Source of the DNA: Octopus sinensis
Lineage: Eukaryota
Assembly: GCF_006345805.1 (NCBI RefSeq)
Contig: NC_043000.1
Coordinates: 109,492,001-109,556,000 of the forward strand
Length of the DNA: 64,000 nucleotides
Reading direction: 5' to 3'
Shown: positions 42,057 through 54,280 of the stretch, in pieces
Position numbering within the stretch: position 1 is the first letter of the stretch
Layout: the number at the start of each line of letters is the position of its first letter
Program-made: the position numbers and the translations under genes
The notes under the pieces: model-generated
The model's database searches: none
What the model was told of the DNA's origin: nothing
Seen by the model: only the letters and a program-made list of their open reading frames with translations

Positions 42057-42758
42057 GTCGGTCTTTCGTCTGTCTGTCCGTGCGTCTGTCTATCAAGAGA
42101 CCATTAGAAATTAATATAAAAGTACACTGGAATGTTAGCACTAAGCAATGAATAAGATGTACTAATAAGTACGTAAAAATATTCTCATATCAACTGGTAC
42201 GTACATACATACATACATACATACATACATGTGTGTGTGTGTGTATGTGTGTGTGTGTGTTTAGGCATATTTGTAGATGAAACAAGCAAAGGAAGAACTT
42301 ACATAATTGTCTTACGGTTACAGATACTTAACTTGTATCAAAGGTGACTTACATACATACATACATACATATACATGTATACACACACACATATATGTAT
42401 GTACATGTATATGCATATGCATGTGTGTATGTGTGTGTATGTGTCTGTAGGCATATTTGTGTACACCAAGCAGTAACCACAATGACAAATTAACGTAGAC
42501 TTGCCTAGAAGAGTTAGAGATAAATCTTATTAAAAGTAATCTCGGTACAAAGACAGAAATATTTCCACGGTTACCAAGGATACATTGAATGACCTCACTA
42601 GAATATTTTCACTACGTTACCTGAAAATCTTAACCCTCCTTTACAAAACTTGGTCTTTATCAAGACAATGACATGTACTTCAACAAGTTAACCTTTTGTT
42701 TACTTATAGACCACTTCGTAGTCCTGCGTATTCTTAGTGATAGTTACTTCATAGCAAA

Positions 42759-43070
42759 GGAGGCGTGGAGGCACATGGCCTAGTGGTTAGAGCAGCGGAT
42801 TCGCGGTCGAGGGATCACGGGTTCGAATCTCAGACCGGGCGATGTGTGTGTTTATGAGCGAAACACCTAAGCTCCATGCGGCTCCGGCAGAAGGTAATGG
42901 TAAACTTCTGCTGACTCTTTCGCCACAACTTTCTCTCACTCTTTCCTCCTGCATCTTGTAACTCACCTGCGACGGACCGGCATCCCGTCCAGGTGGGGAA
43001 TCTATACGCCAAGGAAACCGGGAAACCGGCCCTTATGAGCCAGGCGTGGCTCGTGAAGGAACAACAAAGG
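42759..43070 (+). mobile_element. SINE family B (tail type 3, CAA end)
   Basis: Same head and core as 19782, then CCTGCGACGGACCGGCATCCCGTCCAGG..GGAAACCGGCCCTTATGAGCC..GGAACAACAA. Confidence 0.9.
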
Positions 43071-43119
43071 TAATGCCGGTGCAATCACACAAAGATTTCT
43101 ATAACCAAATATATTTTAG

Positions 43120-43850
43120 AGGCCTCCACACTGGATTGATTTTACTCAATTATCTGAAAACTAAACTCTCTTACATAGAAGGCGGGCTTTACCGAGACGA
43201 TGATCTGTTGTATTTTAACACTTTGACTTTCCATTTCTTGATAAACTTTGAAATAAAGCATGTATTAAAATTATGAATCCTTCAGGCAAACACCTCACTA
43301 TTAACTTCTTAGATGCGACCCTTAACCTCGGCAACATTTTATACAAATTTAATGACGCCCCGATTTTATGTAGTCTTTCATACATCACGCTGTGATGCAG
43401 CTGGAGGCATCATCAATAATGCTTCCTGGTGTCATTTGATGTTTCGTGCCTTTCAACGTCAGACATCCTCACCCAGGTGACCCTGTTGATAAACCTCCAC
43501 TTTGTGTCCACTTAGCATTACTCTTAGTAGCAGTGCCACCTTGAGGCAACCTCTGCTGCCTTCACTGTCAACCTAATGGTCTTCCACCTATAGGCCTCTG
43601 TAATACAAAACATGTTCTAAGCTCTTCAGTGGCACTCGGAAAACCCTCTGGATCCCACATCGATAGGGTCACACCTTACCTGTCATCCATTGTTTTTATG
43701 TTTCCCCACCAACTCAATATATTTTCTTCATTTTACTCTCATTTGTCTTCTCGAGTCCAACCAAATGCGAATAACATAATGTTGTAACAATCGACTAACC
43801 TTCCCACTCATAAACAAATCATTAATGATATTTCGAAATCGGCGTAACGA
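43120..43850 (+). pseudogene. Penelope-like reverse transcriptase relic (interrupted by a HERO fragment)
   Basis: GLILLNYLKTKLSYIEGGLYRDDDLL (GLYRDDGL motif), TINFLDATLNL..KFNDAPIL, and after the insertion STNLPTHKQIINDISKS (SNHP-like). Confidence 0.7.
43379..43690 (-). mobile_element. HERO-clade RLE LINE 3' fragment
   Basis: VRCDPIDVGSRGF..KTIRLTVKAAEVASRW matches the HERO C-terminal PIEVGCRGF..EAAExASRWLW pattern. UTR GGGTCACCTGGGTGAGGATGTCTGACGTTGAAAGGCACGAAAC ends ..GATGTATG. Confidence 0.75.
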
Positions 43851-43854
43851 GCAT

Positions 43855-44010
43855 TGACTGTGTTGTTAAGAAGCTTGCTTTGTTGCCGCACAGTTTCCGG
43901 GTCAGCTCCACTGCGCGAGACCTCGGACAAGTGTTGTCTATGATAACTCTAGGTCCAACATTGCCTCATGAGTGAATTTGATAGACGGAAACACTGTAGA
44001 TGCCCGTCGA
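43855..44010 (+). mobile_element. Family A SINE 5' half, old
   Basis: GTTAAGAAGCTTGCTT..CCTCGGACAAGTG..AGACGGAAAC. Confidence 0.65.
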
Positions 44011-44060
<50 letters not shown>

Positions 44061-44577
44061 TTATAAAAAAGAAGTTTGAAAACGCCACTATATAAGATTA
44101 ATTTTAATAAATATATACCCACTCGTATACCACCTACACTTATTATATATATATACACACACACGTGTGTAAGTAGGTAGGTATATTATAAATGATAGAA
44201 AATGGTATGAATGACATTCTTTATTTAAAATCATTGCAACTATTTCGATACATTTTTACACCTGTGGTACACAGGTGAGATGTTATGCAACTAGTACCAT
44301 ACGTTCAAGGCGTAAAATGCACCTCCTTAGGATATTTTTTAAAGAAGTCCTTCATTAGATCCTTCTGTCATTTCACTCAGTGTGAGGATGCAGACCCAAA
44401 GCGATGTGTCATTTTAAAGTTTACAGATAAAACTAAACCCGTCGATATCGTAACAGATAAAATACAATTATAATCAAAATACAAAATCCATAAATGAAAA
44501 GAAATGGAAAAAAAAAATGGGTCTGGTTGACTGTAAATTTCAATTCTATCTTAATGGTCGGATTATAAGGAGAAGTC

Positions 44578-44793
44578 GGCGAGCTGGCAGAAACGTTAGC
44601 ACGCCGGGCGAAATGCCGTCTGCTGTTACGTTCTGAGTTCAAATTCTGCCGAGGTCGACTTTGCCTTTCATCCTTTCGGGGTCGATAAATTAAGTACCAG
44701 TTACGCACTGGGGTCGATGTAATCGACTTAATCTCCTTGTCTGTCCTTGTTTGTCCCCTCTATGTTTAGCCCCTTGTGGTCAATAAAGAAATA
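44578..44793 (+). mobile_element. SINE family C with Tx1-derived tail
   Basis: Head GGCGAGCTGGCAGAAACGTTAGC; tail CCTTGTTTGTCCCCTCTATGTTTAGCCCCTTGTGGTCAATAAAGAAA. Confidence 0.9.
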
Positions 44794-44911
44794 AGAATGG
44801 AGAATAGAATGAATAAAATTAATGGTCAGTTTTCATCACTTTATCAAATGCTTAGCTTTATTCTTCATTCTGTTTAGTATTGTACGGGTGCGTGTGCAGA
44901 TGCGTGTAAAT

Positions 44912-44912
44912 T

Positions 44913-44945
<33 letters not shown>

Positions 44946-45006
44946 GTGGGGCAAAGTAACGCGTGTTTAGTGTTGTGTAAGAAAATATTCGTTGGATGAG
45001 GTAAGC
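44912..45006 (+). other. Candidate first exon (Inr-like TCAGT, (GGC)7, ATG, donor)
   Basis: TCAGT at 44912, GGC repeat, ATGAG|GTAAGC at 44996-45006. Confidence 0.2.
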
Positions 45007-46149
45007 TTTTAAGAAGTACAAGAAATAAGAAAATAAACAAGAATGACGCAAAGACAGAATAAGAAAGCAGCGACGAACATAAAGCAAACCCCATAAAATC
45101 TAAAGGGTTTATTTTTTTTATTTATTTATTTTAAAATATTTCTTTTTTTAAAAAGAAGAAATGTAATAGGGTGGTAGTAGAAGCTTCTGAAATAAGAACT
45201 AAATGTCCTTTATGTAGGGACCTTTTGAAGCAGAAGAAAATACAAAAAAATTAACTCCAGTGGAAAAAGAAGACGGCATTCCGTTTAGTCATGTCACCAT
45301 GCAAACTAACTGGATGAACAAACAAAAGTAAAAACAAATAATATAAGACGAAATGAGTGAAGTGAGGCTCTCTTTTTTGCCCATGCGTGCACAAACATAC
45401 CATTGCCACCACCATCACCACCACCAGTAGTTTCACCATCACCGTTGGCACTACCACCACCAGCACCAATAACTCCACCATCACCGCCACCGCCGCCGCC
45501 ACCACCACCGCCGCCGCCACCACCACCGCCACCACCACCGCCGCTACCACCACCACCACCACCAACAACAACAACAATAACAACAACAACAACAACAAGT
45601 ATAGGATATTACCCTTACCCTCACGTTGCGCCAGAAGGAAGGATTAAATCCCTATGTAAGTGAAAATAGAAACGAGTTAACGTTGGGAGCCAAAGAACCG
45701 ATACGTTAAGTTTCCCTTAAACATGGCAGAGATGCTATTGTTGATACAATGGAGTTGATATATTGAAGTATGGTTGATTTAAATGCCAATATCTAGACAA
45801 TATTCAACAGCGATTAGCATATTTACGTCCAAATCTACCGTATTTTATTTAGAACAAGTCTTGCAAAACATCGTTTTGAATTCCGTGCAAATAATAATTT
45901 ATTATCGAATGGCAGCACGGATCGGTGCCCGGTTGATTCGCAGAAGTCATGAACAACAACTAGTTAGATTAATTGGTGCCAAACTGAAGCACCGGCCTGA
46001 AGAGTTTATCAAACAGATTGACCGAAGTACTAACTTTTTAAGTCTGGTATTTATTCTTTCGGTCCCATTTGACAATCAAATAAGTTACAAAGACGCAAAC
46101 AAACTTAGACCGGTTGTCAAGCGGAGACACACAAATATTTTTTTTTTTA

Positions 46150-46257
46150 GGTTCAGTTCCAATACGTGGCCACTCTAGGCATGTATCTTTGACTATAGGC
46201 CAGGCAAACCAAAGCCTTGCGGGTGAATTTTGTAGGCGGAAACTGTGTGTGTGTGCG

Positions 46258-46288
<31 letters not shown>

Positions 46289-47085
46289 TGTTTGTGTGTG
46301 TGTATGTGTGTGTGTATGTGTTTGTGTGTGTCTATGTGTGTGTGTGTGTGTTTGTGTGTGTGTGTATGTGTGTGTATGTGTGTGTGTGTGTGTTTGTGTG
46401 TGTGTATGTGTGTGTGTGTGTGTTTGTTTGTGTGTGTGTGTATGTGTGTGTGTGCATTTGTGTGTGTGTATGTGTGGTGTGTGTGTGTATGTGTTTGTGT
46501 GTTTGTATGTGTGTGTGTGTGTTTGTGTGTGTGTATGTGTGTGTGTGTATGTGTTTGTCGTCCAAAACTGTTTGACAACTGGTGCTGGTTTATTTACATT
46601 TCCCGTAACCTAGCAGGTCGGCCTAAAGGACCGATAAAATAAGTATCATACTGCAAAATATGAGACCCAGGGTCGATTTATCGGACCAAACACTTCAAGG
46701 TGGCGCTCCCGGCGACCTTTGAAGGACTGAAGTAAAGGAAAGGTAAACGGATAGAAAAACACTTGAAATTTGAACCAAATCAATCGAGTTCGATTTCGTA
46801 TCGATTCTTGATGGATTTGTTTTTCTCTTCTTGTTACGACAGAAAGATGCGTGGCCGAGTCGTTAAGACTGTTGCACTCACGATCTCGTCATCGTACTTT
46901 CGATTTCCGGACCGGGCGTTGTGTTGTGTTTTTGAGCAAAACACATCATTCCACGGTTACCCCAAATCCCCTTAACTGTAAACGAGTGATCCTGTGATGG
47001 ACTGGCATCCCATTCAAGGGGCTATGTGCTGATGTCGGACGGACACTTGTAGGCCATAGAAACCCGGGAACACGGCCCCAGGATT
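46150..47085 (+). mobile_element. Old family A SINE with expanded (TG)n (46150-46750) and family B-related SINE (46846-47085)
   Basis: Family A body and tail motifs; then GTGGCCGAGTCGTTAAG..CGATTTCCGGACCGGGCG..CCTGTGATGGACTGGCATCCC. Confidence 0.7.
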
Positions 47086-47690
47086 TCTAAGAGTCGACAT
47101 AGTAATGTCCTTATTATTCGGTTTCCGTGGGTCTTTATTCAATAATCCCTTTTTTTTTTGAAAACTTCTTAAGTTTGAAAAATATCTGTGTGCGTGTATG
47201 TGCTTGTATTTGTCTGTGCGTGTATGCGTGTATGAGTGTGTGTGTGTGTGTGTATGTGCATGTGTGTGCTTGTGCATGAATGCTTGTGTTTCTGGTGGGT
47301 TTTGTGTATGCGCGCTCATCTCGAGAACGAATACAAAGAAGTAAAATGCAGTGAGGGGAGGGTGGGGTGGGGGCTTCTGTGTCATGAATATCCATGAGAT
47401 GTATATTTGTTTATATACACTCAATCACTCGCCGCACAAAAAAAAGAAAAACGCTTATCTCCCCCTAGTTTTAATTGTCCCTTTCTCTCTCTCTCTCACT
47501 CACATTCTCCCCTTCTCTCTCTCTCTCTTCCTCTCCACTTCTCTCTGTGCTTGTATGTTTGAAGATAGCATGTGTGTGCAGATGTAGGTGAGGGAGAAAT
47601 CTATGTGGAAATATTTCCAGAGACACCAAAGAAAAAGATGTGGAAACGTAAAGCTTAAAAACGGAGACAAAGCGAACTCTTTCTCTCATT

Positions 47691-47727
<37 letters not shown>

Positions 47728-47851
47728 GTCTATATATATATACATATATATATATATGTTGTGTGTGTGTGTGAGTGTGTGTGGATATGTGCGTGTGTAT
47801 ATGCGTGTATATATATATAGATATATATATATATACATATATATATATACC

Positions 47852-47884
<33 letters not shown>

Positions 47885-47963
47885 TATACATACATATATA
47901 TATACATATATATATATAGATATATATATATATAATATATATAATATATATATACCCACATAC

Positions 47964-48007
<44 letters not shown>

Positions 48008-48058
48008 TATATATAAATACATACATACACACACACACACACATATACACACATATAC

Positions 48059-48111
<53 letters not shown>

Positions 48112-48189
48112 TGCTTGCGTATGTGTGTAAGTAGGTGAATGTATAAATGTGCGTGCATGCAGAAAGAAAACAAGAGCAAAAAGATGGAA

Positions 48190-48237
<48 letters not shown>

Positions 48238-49155
48238 TAGGGTAAGACAAAGAAAGAAAAGTTAAACTGAAAGGCAAGCGATTAAAACTAGTACAACCCG
48301 GGGGGGAGGAGAGGGGAGGGGAATAAGAACTATAAATAAAATAAAATAAAATAAAGTAAAATAAAGCCAAAAAAAAAGGAGAAAACTGGGACAAGATTTT
48401 GGTCTGGCACCTGATTTCCCATGAAATTGCGTTGTCACGGTCTGTTAGTCGCGTTGAGATACATTTGACAGCCAACCATTATCATCAAAAAGGTATTTCC
48501 GGCACTCATATTACCTTAAAAATTAGTTACGCAAGACTTAACGATAAACCAATCAACCCTGACAGAAAATACAGTTCACCCCTACTCTCCCCTCCATCCT
48601 CCATCACCGACAGCAACAACAACAAAAACACTAGTAAAAGTAACAAAATATTTGTTGTGTTTAAACTTGTATTTGTTTTTTAGGTCTTTATATTTTTATA
48701 TTTTCGGGTTTTTTTTTCAATTTATTTAGTGATTTTAGTTTTACATAAGGATATCGGAGTAGAAAGACTTTCACGAATTAGTTTACGACAAGTCGAGAAT
48801 CTGTTAGAATTTGTTATGAAATAAACTAAAGCAAAAACAAATCGAAATAAATAGCATAAAAATGAATAAATAAATAAAATGAAGAAAGAAGATTTAAGTC
48901 TGTCGCTATTTAAGATGTCCACTTAAAGCTGGTGTCATTTTTCTCTCAGAATAAATCGCTAAACTCTCGCTTGGCGGCGCTTAATCACTATCAAGTTTCG
49001 CTCTTCACTTTAATGTCATTTTCCTTATTTTATTTACTTCGAACTGTCAAGGCATTATAAATTCATATTTTCTTTCTTTCTTTCTTTCTTTTAATAGATT
49101 TAGGACGTTCTGTGTTCATCATACGAAATATCAAAATTATGTCTAAGAATCTGAA

Positions 49156-49247
<92 letters not shown>

Positions 49248-50429
49248 GTTTGTGAGGCGCGCTTTCCCGCAGCTGGTCTCCATGACCGAACTGCAGTCGT
49301 GGATCAAAAAGAGGCCGAGGAAGGGCGAATGGCACCACGAGTGTCGCGTTGCTCTCAAGCAACTCTGCCGTCCTGGGTCGACCTTGAGTGACTCCATCAC
49401 AACCAAAGCATTCTATAGGGGGATTAGTGGAGGGGAGGTACGACGACGAGCTCGGGGCGAACCTGGACGTCGACGAGGAGAACCTGACCCGCCTGTTCGG
49501 GACGACTTTCGGGCCAGGGCCCATGGACAACTTCCAGAGATCCCTGGCCTGGCAGTGCTACCGCGAAGCGCTACCCGTTCGGGATAAGCTCTACAGACAC
49601 GGCTCGAGAAACACGGGGCCGACCTGCCCGAGATGCGGTCAGAGCGACGAAACCGTTCTGAACGCAATCGTGCAGTGTCCAACAATTTCCGACCTGTGGG
49701 CTTATGTCGAACGACTGCTGTCACGTGTGGGACGAGTCGGTTTATCAGCTGAGTCTATCGTCAATATTGTCACGCCTCCTTCCTTCAAACGGGAAGGAAG
49801 AGCTATTTTCATCATCCTTGTGGCTATGGCGAAGGAATGTATCTGGTGGACGCGTCTGAAAAGATTGGAGACAAATACTTTCCTCTCTGGTCAATCTCTC
49901 ATCAACTTCTTCAAGTACCACTTGAAAAGGAAAGTGAGAGTAGAGAGGCAAGTTTTGTCTAGCGAATGTTTTAAAAAAAGATGGGTGAATGTAGCAAGGA
50001 CGTCACGTATGAATGACGAAGCCACCTTGAGCATAATCCTATGAACCCAGAAATTGAAATCAGAGGGTTACTCACTTGCAAACAAATGTGGTAACATATA
50101 ACAATATTGACCGAGGTTACCGTCATCTTTTTCGTAGGCTTTTCTTCCCACGGATAAACCCTATCTGCTTTCCCCTTTACACCGTACATCATGACACTGT
50201 GATACACGATCCCTATTGGTCGTTGTTTTTTCCTCTCCCCCTTTTTTCCTCTTTTTTCTTCCTTTTTTTATTTTTCTTTTCCTTTTTCCCCCTTTTACGA
50301 TCCCTTTTGATCGAAAACCTACGCCACCTTTTTTTGTTTCTTTTGTTTTTTTTTCATCCCACAAAAGAAAAGCTCTACCTTGTAATTTGTCCCATCTGTG
50401 TGCAGCCCTGTGTGGCCAATAAAGAAACT
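49248..50429 (+). mobile_element. Tx1-clade (L1 group) LINE, 5'-truncated copy 1
   Basis: ORF2 C-terminus with zf-RVT region (WQCYREALPVRDKLYRHG..CPRCGQSDETVLNAIVQCP..LWAYV), stop at 50044, T-rich UTR, AATAAA at 50418. Starts at the edge of (TATC)n 49156-49247. Confidence 0.9.
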
Positions 50430-50434
50430 TATCT

Positions 50435-52350
50435 CTCCTCCAAGACACATCAAAGAACGAGGAAGCCAAAACCTTCGACACAAGTAAGTAACTCTCTGTA
50501 CTTTCCTTTTTGTGTTTTAAAGCACACACCCCAATAAAATCATGGTCAAGATTGGTTGTGTGAATGCGCGTGGCTTGGGGTCTCCTTGGAAACAAGGATA
50601 CTTCCTAAATGACATCAAGTCACACGATTTGGGAATCATAGCCATAAGTGAGACCAGACTCCACGAGCCACGGGCCCTAAAGTCCATGTTTGGCGGACAG
50701 TTTAACATTTATTTTGCTCCCTGTCTGCCGAGGATGGGCGGTAGTGGCACCACGGTACTTTTTCTCAAGAGCCTGGATCTCGAAGTCAAGACGATATTCG
50801 TAGACCCGGAGGGTAGACTGGTCGTTCTGGATGTCGACGGCAGCAATGGGTGCGCTTTTCGACTCGTATCAGTCTACGTACCGCCTTTAACAGGTCGGCC
50901 GGATTTCTTTCGACGTCTAGAAGTATTCCTGGGAACGTCTCGTCCTTTACTTTTAGTGGGGGATTGGAATGCTACCTTGGACACGCATCTAGACTATGTG
51001 GGGAGGGACAAAAACAGAAGGGGATGCAAATGCCTCAGAGACCTGCTCAGACGATTCCAACTGTCTGACAGGTACCGACTCGACCACCCAAATGCACCAA
51101 CGTGGACATGGAGCAACCGCAGTGGGTCGTCGAGATCGTATCTAGATAGGATACTGTGTAGGACAGTAGACAGGGATAACTTAGGATGTCCACAATTCCA
51201 CACAGTCAGCTACACGGATCACAAATTCGTGACGTGTACGCTAGACTTAGATAAGGCACATAGACAGGGTCCTGGTTACTGGAAACTGAACGCATCATTC
51301 CCGTCCAGACAAGTTTTCAGAGACAGAATCAACACGTTAGTAAAAAGGGCTTTAACGGGAGCCATTGTCAACAACAAATGGTGGTTCGCACCCAAGAGAG
51401 CAGTAAAAGCGGAAGCAATTAGATATAGCAAGGCACTAGCCGTAGATAGAAATAGAGTAGAGGGTGAGTTAGTTAAGAAGTTAGGAGAGGCAATAAGAAG
51501 CGGCATCACATCCGACGTTTTAGCGGCGAGGTTGGTCCTTGACCAACAATTCAACGCCAAACACGAAGGGTGTGCTGTCAGGGCTAGGTCTCTGGTAGAT
51601 GAACATTCGGTCTCTGGTAGATGAACAAGGGCACGAATTGCTCGAGCCCAGCAAGATGTGCGAGACATTTCAGCGGCACTTTGCCCGACTGTACGGGACG
51701 AGTGGTGAGCGCGAACGCAGGATGGACTTCAGTGCCTACCTGCACAGCCTACCACGACTCTCGGCAAGAGAGGCAGAGTGCTGCGAAGGTGCCATCACGG
51801 CGGCGGATGTGCGGGACGCGATGGCAGAATGCTCAAGAGACAAATCGTCGGGTTTGGATGGTCTGCCCTACGTGTTTTACAATTGTATGCCAGACTTGTT
51901 TGGAGACGTCTTGGCAGCGGTATACTGCAACTGGCAGCAAAACGTATGAATGACAAAGCCACCTTGACTATGATTCTATGAACCGTAAAAATTAATACAG
52001 ATAGTTGCTTATTTGCAAAAAAAAAAAAGAAAAAAGAAATATAACAGGTGACTTCATTGACCGAGGTTACCGTGGTCTTTTCCGTAGGCTTTTCTTTCCA
52101 CGGGTAAACCTCACCTGTCCTCCCCTTTACACTTCATATTGACATTTCTGTGATAACGATCCCTATTGATCCTTCCCCCCTTTTTTTTTAAATTTTATTT
52201 TATCCCCCCCCATTTTTTTGTCCTCTTTCTTTCCATTTACGATCTTTTTTGATCGAAAACCAAACCCCCTTCTTTTACCCCCAAAAGAAAAGCTCTACCT
52301 TGTAATTTTGTCCTGTCTGTGTGCAGCCCTGTATGGCTAATAAAGAAACA
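50435..52350 (+). mobile_element. Tx1-clade LINE copy 2, with ORF1 tail and endonuclease but RT deleted
   Basis: Probable ORF1 end (TAA 50537), ORF2 from 50542, linker to KSSGLDGLPYVFY..CNWQQN fused to terminal RMNDKATLTMIL*, then UTR, AATAAA 52339 and (TATC)n from 52351. Confidence 0.9.
50542..51624 (+). CDS. APE-type endonuclease ORF of the Tx1 LINE (360 aa, truncated ORF2)
   Basis: Uninterrupted, with all APE motifs: VNARGL, ISETR, GRLVVLD, SVYVP, GDWNA, TWTW, SYLDRIL, TDHK, GPGYWKLN. Confidence 0.85.
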   Translation: MVKIGCVNARGLGSPWKQGYFLNDIKSHDLGIIAISETRLHEPRALKSMFGGQFNIYFAPCLPRMGGSGTTVLFLKSLDLEVKTIFVDPEGRLVVLDVDGSNGCAFRLVSVYVPPLTGRPDFFRRLEVFLGTSRPLLLVGDWNATLDTHLDYVGRDKNRRGCKCLRDLLRRFQLSDRYRLDHPNAPTWTWSNRSGSSRSYLDRILCRTVDRDNLGCPQFHTVSYTDHKFVTCTLDLDKAHRQGPGYWKLNASFPSRQVFRDRINTLVKRALTGAIVNNKWWFAPKRAVKAEAIRYSKALAVDRNRVEGELVKKLGEAIRSGITSDVLAARLVLDQQFNAKHEGCAVRARSLVDEHSVSGR

Positions 52351-52439
<89 letters not shown>

Positions 52440-52471
52440 GTGTATGTGTGTATCTATCTATCTATCTATCT

Positions 52472-52502
<31 letters not shown>

Positions 52503-53479
52503 CGTCCGTCCGTCCGTCTGTCTATGAGCACACACACAAACATACACGCATGCACACACATGCACACACTCACACTTACACACACACACGCACGCACGCA
52601 CGCACACACATACACACACACGCTCGCAGACACACACACACATATACATGGACCCAAACATACGCAATCGTAAGACCTAGTGAGCATGCGGTGAAATGGG
52701 TAAACGTATGTGCAAGGATCTTGCTTTGCAGCCATGGGGTTCCAAGTTCAGTTTCACAGCGCTCATCTTCGGCAAGTGTCTTCTATAACAGCCCGACGTC
52801 AACCAATGCCTTGCACGCATGTTCACACATTTGAGCACACACAAACATGGATGCCTGCGCCTGTGAACTAAAACATTCTTCAGGCACCCCATGTCGGTTT
52901 TCTTGGGGTCAGAAAATAGACATCTAAAATCTGCTCTGTTGTACAGTCAATACCTATACAAACAATAACTTTCGGCGATTGAAAGCAACGAAATCCAAGT
53001 CGAGAGAGTTTCTATAATCCTATCCTTGACAAAAATCTTTTGATAGCCCACCAAACACGAAAGGTAGCTCCGTCACTGAATATAAACTTCCCGAGTCTGT
53101 GTCGCCGGTCAAGCAAACAGTAGTGTGATCACACCTCAACAATCCCGCACACTCATTCATCTTCAGTTATTTTCTGAACTATTGACAGAAGTAAACATTT
53201 TGTGCCACCCTTCAAAAGAGTTGTAGGAAATAAAAAGAACCAACGAAGTTACCCGTCCTGAAATAAGAGGATTTTGTTGAGGACGAATGATAAAAGATGA
53301 CACCTGGGTTTCACTGAAGCCGTTTGTTCTTACAGACTTAGGTTTTCTTGTGAGATTGCAGCACTCAATCGCTTGGAAGTTCGTGAATCGTGAATATAGC
53401 TTAGGTATGTCCTGCTCAACACACAAATACGCACATACGCGCGCACGCGGACGCACACACACACACACACACCACACAC

Positions 53480-54280
53480 ACACAGGTCCTTTCCGGGCCT
53501 ATCTTCCGGATTCTGCGATGTATATATTCTTTTCTCCAGTCCGTATAAGGATTACTCATTTGGCCTTTAAAGGTCAACTGGAGCAACGTGAAATAATGAA
53601 GTGCTTTGGCCAAGAATACAAGGTATCACTAACCCAAGAATTGAAACTGCAACCTTACGACCACACCTCTAATATACACTAACCACTAAACCACACGCCT
53701 TCACATACACATACATATACACACATACATACATACATACATACATACATACATACATACATACATACATACACGCATACATGCGTGTGCGAGTAAGTGT
53801 GTGACCTTGTGCCCCATCACTGCTTGATAACCGGTGTTGGCTGTTTTATGTCCCCGTAACATATCAGTTCGGCAGCAGAAACCGATAAAATAAGTACCAG
53901 TCTTAGCGGTATTTAGCCTGTTTTTACGTTCTGAGTTCAAATTCCACCGAGGTCGACTTTTCCCTTCATCGTTTCGGGGTCAATAAATTAAGTACCAGTT
54001 GCGTAGTGGGGTCAATCTAATCGACTAGCCCCCCCTCCCTCAAAATTTCGGACCTGTGCCTAGAGTAGAAAAGAATATGGAATCTCTCTTCCTTGGCTTG
54101 GTGGTTTATTATTTCCCGCATAAAAAGTCAGATGTTCTGAGTTCAAATTCCGCCGAGTCGGACTTCGCTTTTCAGCCTTACGAGGTCAGGGAAATAAGTA
54201 CCAGTGAAACACTGGAGTTGTAGTAATCAACTTATCCCCTCCTTTAGAATTGCTGGCCTTGTGCTTAAAATTTGAAACCA
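53480..54280. mobile_element. Cluster of SINE fragments (B-related minus 53480-53701; A tail 53800-53900; C 53903-54076 and 54130-54280)
   Basis: Diagnostic family motifs as above. Confidence 0.7.

Noticed and set aside
45387-45663. Poly-Pro/Thr/Ala ORFs (also poly-His/Asp/Glu at 30882-31186 and 31765-32280)
   Set aside because: Trinucleotide microsatellites with no domain context or splice support.
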